A stretch of 64,000 nucleotides of DNA from Squalus acanthias (taxonomy: Eukaryota). The DNA lies in NCBI GenBank assembly GCA_030390025.1, contig CM059432.1:60886001-60950000 (forward strand), in the 5' to 3' direction. Below are positions 36,060-47,749 of the stretch, piece by piece. Under the pieces are notes generated by a model. It saw nothing but the letters and a program-made list of their open reading frames with translations. It was not told the origin of the DNA and searched no databases. Each line of letters starts with the position of its first letter. The stretch's first letter is position 1. The position numbers and the translations under genes were made by a program.

Positions 36060-37205
36060 CATAGTATGTGGCCTAGACAGCTGAAGGCACGTCACCAATG
36101 GTGGATCAAAGGTGGGGGTGGGGGTGTTGTAGGGCTGGAGATGGTTACAGAGATATGAAGGTGCAAGGCATGAAGGGCTTTAAATGGGATGAGAATGTTA
36201 AATTTGAGACGTTGGGGGGCTGGGAGCCAATGTAAGTCAGCAAGAACAGGGCTGATGGATGAGCAGAACTTGGTACAATACAACATACGGGCAGCAATTT
36301 CAGAGGATGGAGAATGGGAGGTTGGCCAGGAGAGCATTGGAACAGCTGTGTCTAAAGGTGATAAAGGCATAGATGAGGGTTTCAGTAGCAGATGGGCTAA
36401 GGCAGAGGTAGAGGCTGGCATTGTTACGGAGTTGGAAGTAGGTGGTCCTTGGGATGGAGAGGATACGGGGTTGGAAGCTCAGCTCAGGGTCGAATATGAT
36501 GTAGAACAATCTGGTTCAGCCTGAGACAATGGCCAGGCGGACAGGTGGAATCGGTGGTGAAGATATGGAGTTTGTGGCAGGAGCCAAAGGTGATTACTTC
36601 AGTCTTCGCAATGTTTAACTGGACGAAATTGCAGTTCATCCAAGACTGGATATTGGACAAGCAGTTTAACAACACAACGGCAGCACAGGGATCAAGTGAG
36701 GTGGTGGAGAGGTAGAGCTAGTTTCATCAGTGTACATGTGAAAGCTCCATCCTCATGTTTGCGAATGATGTTGTCAAGGGGCAGCATGTAGATAAGGAAA
36801 AAGTATGGGGGCCAAGGAAAGCTCGTTGGGAAACTCCGGAGGTAACAATGGTGGAGGAGGCAGTAAGAGAAGCCATTACTGGAGATGTTCTGGCTACAAT
36901 TGGATAGGTAAAACTTGGACTAAGCGAGAACAATCCCATGAAGATAGACAATGGAGGAGAAGCGTTGGAGGAGGATGGTGTGGTTGACCGTGTCTAAAGG
37001 CTGCAGATAAATCGAAGAGGGATAGTGCATCATGGTCACAGTCGCAGATAATGTCACGTGACTTTGATTAGCAGTGTTTCAATGCTGTGGCAAGGACGGA
37101 AAGCTGATCAGAGAGATTTAAACGTGGAGTTGCAGGAAAGATGGGCACGGATTTGGGAGGCAACAACATGTTCAGGAACTTTGGAAAGGAAAGAGGTTGG
37201 AGGTG
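36060..37205 (-). mobile_element. L2 LINE fragment
   Basis: CLSNIQSWMNCNFVQLNIAKTE and ISPVLADLHWLP in ORFs 36484..36675 and 36092..36421. Confidence 0.82.
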
Positions 37206-37559
37206 GGGCTTCTGCCTCACTACTGCCATCTAGTAACTTTTATACAGGCTTTGATTTTTTGGGGTGGGCCATAGGCATTAGGCATTGGTTAATAAAGGAT
37301 TAAGAGTTAAAACTTGATAACAGTCTTAGAGAAGGATGGTATTTTTTTCTCTCAATCGCCAAAGCATTGTGTCTGCTAGTAACTTAGGATGGAATATATA
37401 GAAGTATTTTTGCTGAACCAGGAATTAATATGTTAGGTTGATTTTCTGCCTGGCGGTATCATTACCACCAGCAGAATTCATGTGAGTAGTGAGTGGGAAA
37501 TTGTGTGGCTAGTGGTTCCATCCATTTAAAGATCCCAGGCACCCTTCAGTTCTTGGCAC

Positions 37560-37850
37560 GGGTGGCCATTATTCATGTATGAGCTTGACAGTAACTGGTG
37601 GCAGGCTATTCCATCACAGCTGAACCCAGTTCTTTCAACTGATGTCAATAGCAAGCATGCACCTCCAGAAGGGACTACTAAATGCAATCAGGATTAGCAT
37701 CTTTCGCCAATTGGTTCCTGCCTAACCCAGGAGTGCTGACACCATACTGCTGCTCTCATTAAGGCCCGCTAACTCAGCACAGTGCAGATGGTAATCTTTC
37801 TGGTCTAGATGTCAGCACCATTCACAAGAAAAACTCACTGAGCCATCACA
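37560..37850 (-). mobile_element. Old degenerate tRNA-type SINE (tentative)
   Basis: Minus strand starts GATGGCTCAGTGAG (box A-like); a similar head is at 38036 on +; no clear box B or TSD. Confidence 0.35.
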
Positions 37851-38494
37851 GGAATACAAGGAATTATTTCAATTGCTCAGCTTACAGCTTTTGTCGTTGA
37901 TGGTAGTGCAATTACTAAGGGAATTCTTCCTGTCTAGTGGATAGGTCGTCTGCAGTGGGTGAATCAAAAAAACAGTGCGATGATGTGCCTAGATAAGGAA
38001 AATGAACCAATTAAAACAGTTTCCTATCCTCCCCTGATGGCTCAGTAAGTTTATTCTGAGTAGCTGAGCCATGCACATAATAACGCTCCCATACACAGTC
38101 AAAATGAATATTCTCATTGGCTGAATATTGGAGCCCACATTATGAACTTCTATTTATGCTCCTGTATGTAAAACTACCTTTGTGTATAATTACTCAAATA
38201 ACTTTTCTCGGAATGACTTGCATGTGAAAATATTTCAATTCCAATTAACATTTTAGTGACATGACAAAAATAGGTTAGAATTTTAAATATTTTTTTTATA
38301 ACCATGAGTTTGCAGTGCAACAGATGTCATTAAAGACTCTATAATACCCTACGATAACTTTTCCTGGGTAATGCACACTGTTGCTTTAGTAAATATGTAT
38401 CTAGCATCCATTAGAATTAGTTGTTAACCAGGAGGGAAAGGCACTTGCAGTGCACTACAAATATATTTTGGCATTATCTGTCAAGATGTTTCGA

Positions 38495-40083
38495 AACTAA
38501 TTTTGTTCAATATTTATTGGTTCCAGCTTTCTATTAAGAGGTATATGCTGCAGTAGAAGGAAAAATCCACAAATATTTGGATTATAGCAGTGACTGTTTT
38601 CTCACATTTATATTCACCTACAATACCAACCATTTTGACTTTGTTAAACAATATATCAATCAATCAAATAAACATTACAAAAAGCTTAGATGTCAGTGCT
38701 GTCCAATTACTATAGAACAAAGTGCACATAACGCAGTTCACAATCACAGTCAGGAGTTGTTAACAAATTGAAAAACACTAATTCACATATACTCAAAATG
38801 TTACCAGTTCATTAAACACAATTATCAAAACATAAATGAGAATCAACATGAATGAGACAGTTTTTAAGGAATTCACAAGTGTAGAAACTATACAGGGAAA
38901 CCCACTATACCTCTTCACTAAGTGCACAGCAAAAATACAAAATTTAAATTATATTCTAACATGAAAAGCAAAAGCAATTTCCCCAAGAAGTACAGATAAA
39001 ATGGTCTTAAACAACTGAAATTAACATCAATTTGTGTACAATTAATAATTTATAAAATAATTGACAGAATATAAGTACACCCACAGTAATTGTGAGAGAA
39101 CTGCATCCAGTCAGTACAGGCTTTAGGGAACAACAAAATATTGCAGTGAACTGCACATCACATCAAAAAAATGTCTCCTGGCCTCCTTTCATAGAATTCT
39201 GTAAAATGGAACTGTACAAAGATTTCACATTGTTACTTGCAAAATATACAACCTACAGCAAAATACATCCCACAGTAAAAGGTGTCTCATGACATCCTCT
39301 CAATAGAATTCTCTAAAATGAAACTGTACAAAGATCTCAGATTGTTACTTGCAAAATATACAACCTACAGTGAAATACATCCCACAAGGTTTTTTGTTTT
39401 ATTTTTCCAATAAACATCAGATTTAAATCAATCCAATAAACAACTTGTCTATTTTGCTTTCAGATGCATTTTACACAGGCACCATACTAGTCATCAGGAT
39501 TTAATTTACCGGAACACAGGGGTAGATGTATGTGTGAGTGAGATGGGGATAGATAACAGGAGGAGCGTAATCCCAATATGATAAATGATATTGGCTTAGT
39601 AATCCCCCATTAACCTGTTACCACCACCCCAAAACCAGCAACAAATTCCCATATCCTGCTCAGCACCTACTACAACATGATTCTTTTTCACAGGTATAAA
39701 GCCTCCTTATATTCTTTTCATCTCTGCAGTTGTACAAAGTAAACTATTGTAGCACCTTAAACTCATATTGCACTTGGAACGTAAGACGATATTGATGCTG
39801 TTGTGTTTACTTGGCGGTCAGTCATTGAAGATGGTTAAACATTTGTGGTCATGTTCTGTTTGTTACTTCAATTAGAAAATATGAAGTAGAACAGATTGAA
39901 GCTTTATGCTGCAAATGCAATGGTTCCTCATAAAAGACCAGAGGTGGTCCAATTTGTTGTTTAACATTCAGGGGTATGACGGGAGACTATGACAGCCTTT
40001 ATCCCATGGTACTGTATAGTAACAGAGAGGTGTCTGCCCCAGAAATCTAAACATCAACAGAGAAGAGGGCAGCTTGACAGGAG
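38495..40083 (-). other. NOL4: Probable 3' UTR of the NOL4-family gene
   Basis: TE-free AT-rich sequence downstream of the stop; candidate AATAAA signals on the minus strand at 38513-38518 and about 39398-39403. The true end is unknown. Confidence 0.55.
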
Positions 40084-40286
40084 TTAATTCTGCTGTAAAA
40101 TCAAGTTTTCAAGCTCATCCGCAGAACGGAGTAAAAAGGCTGCTGACTCTCGATATCCTGCAACAAGCTGCCGTACTGCATTTATTTCAGTGGGACTCAG
40201 CTGAGCCGGTGGGGTTTTGGAATTGTTAATGTTGGAGGATCCAGAGTGTGATGCAAGTGACTTCTTCACGCTGAGATCTGCTGGGC
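40084..40286 (-). CDS. NOL4: Nucleolar protein 4 family, terminal coding exon
   Basis: (G)PADLSVKK...[39 protein letters not shown] matches the NOL4 C-terminus as I recall it; acceptor TTTCATTTCTATTCAAAG, phase 1, compatible with the upstream exon. Confidence 0.92.
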
Positions 40287-40981
40287 CTTTGAATAGAAAT
40301 GAAACATTACTCTATATTTGGATGCACTTCTAATGTATATCTCTCCTTAATTTCAAGTCACTCTGATTATTTCTGCAATCAGTTTTATATATTTAACATT
40401 CCAACTATCCCTTTGGCAAGTTTTGTTACATAATCTGCACTAGCAGATGACATACTGTTAATCTTTAAACAAGAATAACATTATATGTATGTGTATATAT
40501 ATATATATATCAGATTTATTGGGGAAGTTTTTTATTCATTTAGAAGATTGCTAGCTCCTGGTGCTTTTGTACAAACCTGACAAAAGCAAGATGATTTCTC
40601 AGTATTCAGATACTGCGATTGTTGATAATGATTAAGGTAATGACATTAACAGCTGCTAAATGTGTCTTACGGATACATTTTGACAAAGTTGTTGCATTAA
40701 AACCTATGACTTTACATTGGCACCTGGCACCCTGTTCTGAGCTGCTGAAACAGGATTAACATGACAAAACATATTAAATCCCTTTGCTCTTTCACTGATT
40801 TTAAAGCCTCCTTTTTTAGCTTAGGTCCTCAGCCTTCTGTGTATTTGCATTTGGAGTATATATTTTTCAGTAACATTCAATTATCAAGAATATGACTAAT
40901 GCATTCAAGAAATTATTTCTTTATATTGAAACTGTTTGAGATATTACTGATGATCAATAACAGATATCCAATAGCACCTAC

Positions 40982-41174
40982 CACTGTTTGTACCATCACT
41001 TGGTAAGGAAGTTGGATTTTGCTTCCCACCACCCAGCCCTCCGTAACCATGGTAACTATAGCTCGTATTTCCATTGATGTACATCAGCTCCTGTGAGTAA
41101 GAAACTGCTGGGGCTGTGTAAGTGACCTGGGGAGATTCTCTCGTCCACTGTTTGCCAACTGCAACAGGTTCATC
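40982..41174 (-). CDS. NOL4: Nucleolar protein 4 family, penultimate coding exon (193 bp)
   Basis: Acceptor CACTTTTGCAG, donor G|GTAGGT; DEPVAVGKQ...YINGNTSYSYHGYGGLGGG...TNS(G) splices in frame to the terminal exon. Confidence 0.9.
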
Positions 41175-41376
41175 CTGCAAAAGTGCAAAATATTTTTTTT
41201 AATGAGATGCAAAATTTATTTATGGGCAAAATATATTTATGGTAGTCATGGATACAAAAGCAATGGAAAGCTTTTGTTCAAAATTAAATGTGTCCTAGTG
41301 TCAGTAAAAGGTTTGAAGGTACATCTTGTTATGGTAGTGACAAATATGATACTTTCCCTATATAGTTGAAAACAAT

Positions 41377-42109
41377 GGCCCGGATTTTGCTCTCAGCAGC
41401 GAAGGAACGGTTTCACCTCGTGTACAACTGCCCACAGATTTTTGCGGGTTTGTCAGCGTTGATTTCCACTAATCCGGTGTCTGTTTCAGTGCGGTGCACT
41501 CTACAGGGAATCTGTGGCGGCTCTGAACAGGTCAAGCAACAACGAGGCTCTTCAACCAATCAGACTGAAGTATCCTCATTGAGACATGCAGAGCCCAAAC
41601 CAGGAAGTAGAAAACAGGAAATATAAATTACATTTAAATGATGTAGAGAAAGCAAAATAAAGATTGGGAAATGCAGATGGGATTAAGGGAGAGAGATAAA
41701 AGACTAACAGAAAAAGTAATAAAAAACAAACTTTAATTTTCTTCTGAGGGAATGAGAATCCACACTTGTAAAATGAATCTTTCAGGGCCAGAGAGGTTGT
41801 TCAGCAATAATTATCACTTATTATGCCATTAAAAACTCACTTACTCCTAAATGTACCAGCTCTAACTTTTTCAGCCATCTTTAGTGCATAACTAATGGGT
41901 AAGTACCCCAAATTCATGCCATTACAGTGCCTATCGGTGAGGACTGCAGCAGCACACCTTGTGGAGGAGTAAGGTATCTCTGACAGCAATCTCTGGATTT
42001 CCGCATTTAACTGCGCATGTGCAGATGGCAGAAGTTGCTGTCAGATTTACCCTGTAATAATGGCGAGAGCCGATAGCCTCGCCATTATTATTACAGCAAA
42101 ATCAGGGCC
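41377..42109. mobile_element. Harbinger-type MITE
   Basis: TIR GGCCCGGATTTTGCT / AGCAAAATCAGGGCC; AAT/ATT flanks. Confidence 0.82.
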
Positions 42110-42878
42110 ATTATTTACAAAATGTATAGACAAATAAAGTCAACTTAACTGACCTAACTCCACAGAAAATTATAGGACACACCATGCTTTATGCTGTATG
42201 ACAGTTCTCTGCACAGAGCCAAAGTACCAACTGATAGCAAGCAGCAAAGCATATTTAACCATACAAAGGTTTTTGTACCAAAATCAAAAATGTAACAAGG
42301 ATTATTACTCTGGACCATTTCACAAATACAGTGGATTAAAATAAAACCTTAATTATTTTAATTTCTCTGACCTTTTAATGATATTTATTGTGAGAAATTT
42401 GTCAGAAGGTAGTTTTGCTATAGCTGTATGTATTTTGAGTAATTTAAACACACATGAGGTTAACATACTGCTGCCAAATTGTAAGTAAATAAGTCAGATA
42501 TAGGCTGGGGCTGTGGCTGTGGCACTCACTCTTCTCCCCTAGGTTGCTCAAATTATGCAGAAATGTCATTAAAATTTGCTGAAAATGTTGGTAACATATT
42601 TGAGGAATGTGCAGGACTCAACATAGGCGTAGATTTTTCTAAGTTAAGAACAAAAGGCAGCTTCAATGCAGATATCTCATACTTTTAGGAGATACAAAGA
42701 ACACAAGTGACCTACTTTCCAGTGACTCACTCTTACTGTTGCTGTTCTGAATTTTCACAGGTTGACATTACACACTAAATAACGAGTTTGAACAGTGGGC
42801 TAGAATCAACATAACCATAGGCTGATGAAAGCAGCATAGATGACTGGCAGACATTGAAATTCTGTTTTCACTTGTGAG

Positions 42879-43038
42879 CAATGTTCCCGTTAAGCTACGC
42901 GGCTGTGCTCTAGATGACCAGCGCAGGCTGCCTCACGGCCTTTTCAATAGAAATAACCACGCATGCATGGACATTTGAATGGGCCGCGCAGCCCATTAAA
43001 GGGGCTGCGCACTGAAAAAAAGATTAAAGGTAACATTG
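42879..43038. mobile_element. hAT-type MITE (160 bp)
   Basis: TIR CAATGTTCCC / GGTAACATTG and perfect 8-bp TSD CTTGTGAG. Confidence 0.88.
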
Positions 43039-43102
43039 CTTGTGAGGTGTGTAGAGGCCAGATGGTTGCTCTGAGCGATGGGTCAGCCAATTCACCTAGC
43101 TT

Positions 43103-44120
43103 AGAACCATAGAATTTTACAGCAGAGAAGGAGGCCATTTGGTCCAGCACACCTGAAACATTTTGCACTTTTCCTGTGCCCTTTCCTCACACACTTTAAA
43201 TTTGTATTTTTTTAAAATGTTTATCCACTGCCCTTTTAAAAGCTATTGTGAATTCTGCTTCCACCACTCTCCCTGGTAGAGCGTTTCCATGTCGTAACAG
43301 TCCTCTGTGTAACCAAAAATCTCCTAACCTTTTTTCTTTTGGTATTTTGAATTTATGCCCTGTAGTTACAAACTCACTAACCAGTGGACATAGTTTTTCC
43401 TATTATCCACCTTATCAAAACCGCTCATAACTTTGAACTCCTCTATTAGATCTCCTCTTAACCTTCTATGTTCTAGTGAAAAGAGTTTCACATTCTCTTC
43501 TGTACCTCTTCATGGTCTTGACATCCTTCCTAAAGTAAGGCACCCATAACTGTAGACAATATTCTATCTGCAGCCTTACCTATGATTTGTATAGGTTTAG
43601 CATTACCTTTTTTTGTCTTCCCAATTATAATTTTGTTGTAACTGAAGCACAAAGTCTCTCTGCTTCTCCAAAAGTTTTACCAACTGAAGATCATTTATAT
43701 ATATATTGAGAAGAGTAATGGTCCAAACTCTGACCCCTGGGAGTCAACACTGTTTCTTTCTAACCAGTCAGAAAAACATCCATTAACCACTACTTTGTTT
43801 TCTATCCTTTATCAAACTTTGTAACCACTATGCCATGTTCCCTTTAATACTGTGTGCCTTATTTTATCAACATGTCTCCTATGCAGCACCTTATCAAATG
43901 TCTTTTGAAAATCCACATTCACAGCAGTTCCTTTATTAATACATTCCATTATTTCCTCAAGGACTCTACTAAATTTGTCAGACATGACTTGACTTTCACA
44001 AATCTGTGCTGGCTGTTCTTAATTAACCCTCTCTAAATGAGTTTTGACTTTATCCCGTATTATGGTCTCCAGAAGCTTGCCCATTACTGATTTTAGGCTC
44101 AATGGTTTATAGTTACCTAC
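43103..44120 (-). mobile_element. Old CR1 remnant
   Basis: Degenerate reverse complement of CR1 RT and 3' tail (AGAACCATAGAA); a further piece at 44680-44820. Confidence 0.75.
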
Positions 44121-45713
44121 TCAGGCTCAATACCTGTATCTACGATTAACCCAGTGCTTGGATGTCGTTTGCTAGAGTTACTGTGGATTCAATGGCTTCA
44201 GAGGCCCTACAGTGGCCTGTGCAGAACTATATATTCGACACCAGGTGAGACCCAGCATTAGTTCATTTAAAGTGATATTTGCTTTACCAGTATATTTTGT
44301 TACCTTTACTTTTGTGTATCTGGCAATTTTTCTTTTCTGCACAATAAAAGAATGACAGACTGCAAGATATAACAGAAGTGAACTAATGTTATTATGTATT
44401 TTAGTGCATCTATAATGTGACTTGTCATGATTTAATCATGAACTTTATATGCTGCTACCTGTGACTTGCTACGACGTGCTCCCTAGTTGAGTGAGTACAA
44501 ATGGTGGGTAGCTAATCAGCTAGTTGGTGAACTGCTTGGGGTGAGGGAGGCCTGTTATCAATATCTGTGATGAACCCGATAAAGCTGCATCAGTGCCAGG
44601 GGTGTCCTTTACTGCTTTGTGGTTCATTGATTTCAGAGGACCCTCTCACATGCAGAGCTAGGTGAGGTACAGAACCGCCACTGTATTTATTTACTCTATC
44701 AAAACCCCTCATAATTTTAAAAACTCTATTAAATTTCCCCTTGACCTTCTCTGCTTGAAGGAGAACAATCCCAGCTTCTCTAATCTCTCCACATAACTGA
44801 AGTCCCTCAGCCCTGGTAATTAAAAAAAAATACTTAGTTCTTTCTTGCCACAACTGCTCTTCACTTGTTGGTTGTTTTTTTTGGTGGGTGGGTGGAAAAA
44901 AAATCCAGTAATGGATTGTTGGGCCTCGTACTATGAAAAAGAGGGCAGCTAGCACATCTGCTTACACTCCTATGTGTCACTGCATATGGACTTATCTTTA
45001 TATGTTCCCCATGACACGTTGAAAGCAGCCAGTAGCATAATTGTTTAATGCAGCACACCTTCACTGCCACAGGCAGAGCAATTCCAGGCCTGGAGGTGGT
45101 CTTCTTGCAGGACGCAACACAGATCCACTATTGCCTTCTTAGTGAACTGTCATTCCGTGAGTCACAGCTTCTCAGACATCTTGGGAATCCATGTCCTGAC
45201 CTGTAAACATATGCCTTGGGATACACCTTCCACATCCTCCATCTCTCGAAGAGCCAAAGGCATGCCCAATGGAATGCCCATCGCCCGGATGAACTTGCCT
45301 ACGCCAGACAAGGTGACTGCGTAGTTTGGGATGGAGAAATAAAGTTCAGAAATAAACAACTCCAAATCATTGCTCCACTCCAAATGAAACAGAAGGACAT
45401 CAATTTCATAGACTATCATAAGGAAAATAAAATCTGCTAAAACAGATGACAATATCACCAAAGTCAGAACCAAGGTGAAGGTTTATTCATGCACCTTCAA
45501 GTTTTTCTGGTAGCTGTGAATCAGCAAGCCGACCCTCCACTCCAACTTTTTATGATGCATTGCAATTTTGTCCTGTCAAAAGCGCAATGCAATGGAATTC
45601 CCAGCGTTAAAGGGAACCTCCCAACATACCCCCAAATTTAGGTAGTAAAAAGGCTTGCGAACAGAGCAATATAAGCATGTTCTGCACCCATTGCAAGCCC
45701 CATAGAAAACCTG

Positions 45714-47491
45714 GGCCGCGATTTCACCAGTGGAGGAGGGATCGCAGCGGGAGAGGTGTTTGGCGGGTTGCAGTCCCGCTCCCGGCTACAGCCGCACTGT
45801 AAAAAGGATTTTCCGTTAATAGGGCTTGTTAAGCCCAACCTGCGGGGTTCCCGGCCAATTAAAAGGATGCGGGTCTGATGACATCATTTGATGATGCATC
45901 ATCAGCCGGTTTCCTTAAAGGGGCCATGGCCGCATTCATTTTGACAGTTGTGCTGTCAGTGTTCTGCAGCATTGAGGTGCTGCAAACACTGATAAGCCCT
46001 GCACAAAGGTGCATGGCTGCACCCAGGTTCTCCCATGACTCCCTCCATATGCTTATGGAGGGAGTCACAGCACGCAGGGAGGTTCTCTTCCCTTCCAAGG
46101 GTGGAAGAGTCCTCCCCAGGATACCAATGCAGCCTGGTTGCACATTGCACAGGAGGACAAAAGCAGGGATGTCGTCAGGAGTACCTGGCTGCAGTGGCGC
46201 AAACCTTTCAATGATCTCAGTAGATCACGAAATGTTACTGCAAAGCCACACTCAACCTCATCCTGCTGTGCCACTCATCACATCTCCATAACTCTTGCCT
46301 TCCCTACCCTACTCCTGCACATCCTTACTCACACCAACTTACCTTGCACCTCCACCCACCCCTCTCTATCTACATTATCAGTTCCCCATCTCACTAGCCA
46401 CCCCTCACACCCGCCCACATCCTAGTCCTAGTGCAATTATACCAACTAACAACACACAAGGGTAGGCACTTAGGCAATGTTCATGTAAATTTTCTGTTAA
46501 TGTGTTGTCAAACATTGAAATCTTTATTCTCAACACTTTGCCTTATTGTACAGATCTGTGCTTACCTTTAGAAGTGTCTTAGTGAGTTGCAGTGAATGGT
46601 GAGACATAACGGTATCCCCCGCAATGGTGATGAGTGTGAAAGGAATGGCTTGGTCATTGTAGGAATGTTTTATGGTGCTGGTGTGGGGTGGTGTCAACCT
46701 GGTGCATCATGTGTCAGCCAGGGTGTACAGCGTCAAGTGAAGTAAATGTGGCCATGGTGATGCCATCGCTTGCCTCCCGGGCAGCAATGTTGTCGGGTGC
46801 TGCTGCCCTATGTCCTGTGCAGCATCAGGTGATTGCGGAGAAGGTTGGTATTGTTGTTGGTGATGCTGGTGTGGCTGGTGATGTTGGTGTTGGGGCTGAT
46901 CATGGAGGGATTCAGAGGACCAAGGTGAGATTTTTTCAAGGGCACCGATATTGCTGGAATAGATGGCAGCTGAAGTTGAGGTGACAGAAGCGATCTGTCA
47001 ATGGTGAGAGAGCTTGCTCCTAGGAGGTGACAGTGGATAGAGAGTTTACTCCAAACACTTCCAAACTGCATACAGCTCAAAAGTGTCTTCCAAGTCCTGA
47101 GGCTCAAGCTTCTGATATTGGAAAGTGACCAACTGTGAAATGGTAGCTTTCATACCACTTTTGCAGCTGTTACCTATTCACAGCAATGGGGAGACAGAGA
47201 ACCCAACCTACTTACCTGACGTGATCTCCGAATGACGTGAACCCCGTTAAAAATGTGGTAAAATAAAAAAAGGCTGTCAAAATAGTGGTTAACAAGCACT
47301 TAACAAGCAGTATCTTAAATGCCTCCCCCACCGCTTGGTGTTGGGTCTGTTCTGAAATCGCAGACCCGACACTTTGGAAACTTACATGGAGGCGGGTTCG
47401 CAGCGGGGTCCCAACCCGCTGTCAATCATTTTGATTTTGACAGCTGAACCGCCTCCAAACCCGCACTCTAAGTGCCGGCAAAATTCAGCCC
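45714..47491. mobile_element. Internally deleted Harbinger element with Myb/SANT remnant
   Basis: CTG TSD, imperfect TIRs; 46012-46230 (+) reads MAAPRFSHDSLHMLMEGVTARREVLF... then WLHIAQE...RSTWLQWRKPFNDL (frameshifted). Confidence 0.78.
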
Positions 47492-47749
47492 CTGGAGCTA
47501 GCACACACAGGCACAAAGACTGATCCAGTTTTCCTCCCCCTCTGTGCCTAGCCCATGCTTGTGCTGCTGGCACATGGGAGCAGAATTTAGCCCAAATGCA
47601 ACTGGCCCACAGTTTGTGCAATGCTGTGTTTTAATTTAAATACATTCTCTAATGAGACATTGTATACCTTTGTCCTTGGCATCCCCTCCATGACTAATCA
47701 ATAAACCACTGTGCTGCCAGATAAAATCCGCCTATTTTATTTGACAGGT

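Noticed and set aside
45100..45480. ORFs 45162..45473 and 45216..45440
   Set aside because: No recognisable motif; could be a decayed element but cannot be supported.
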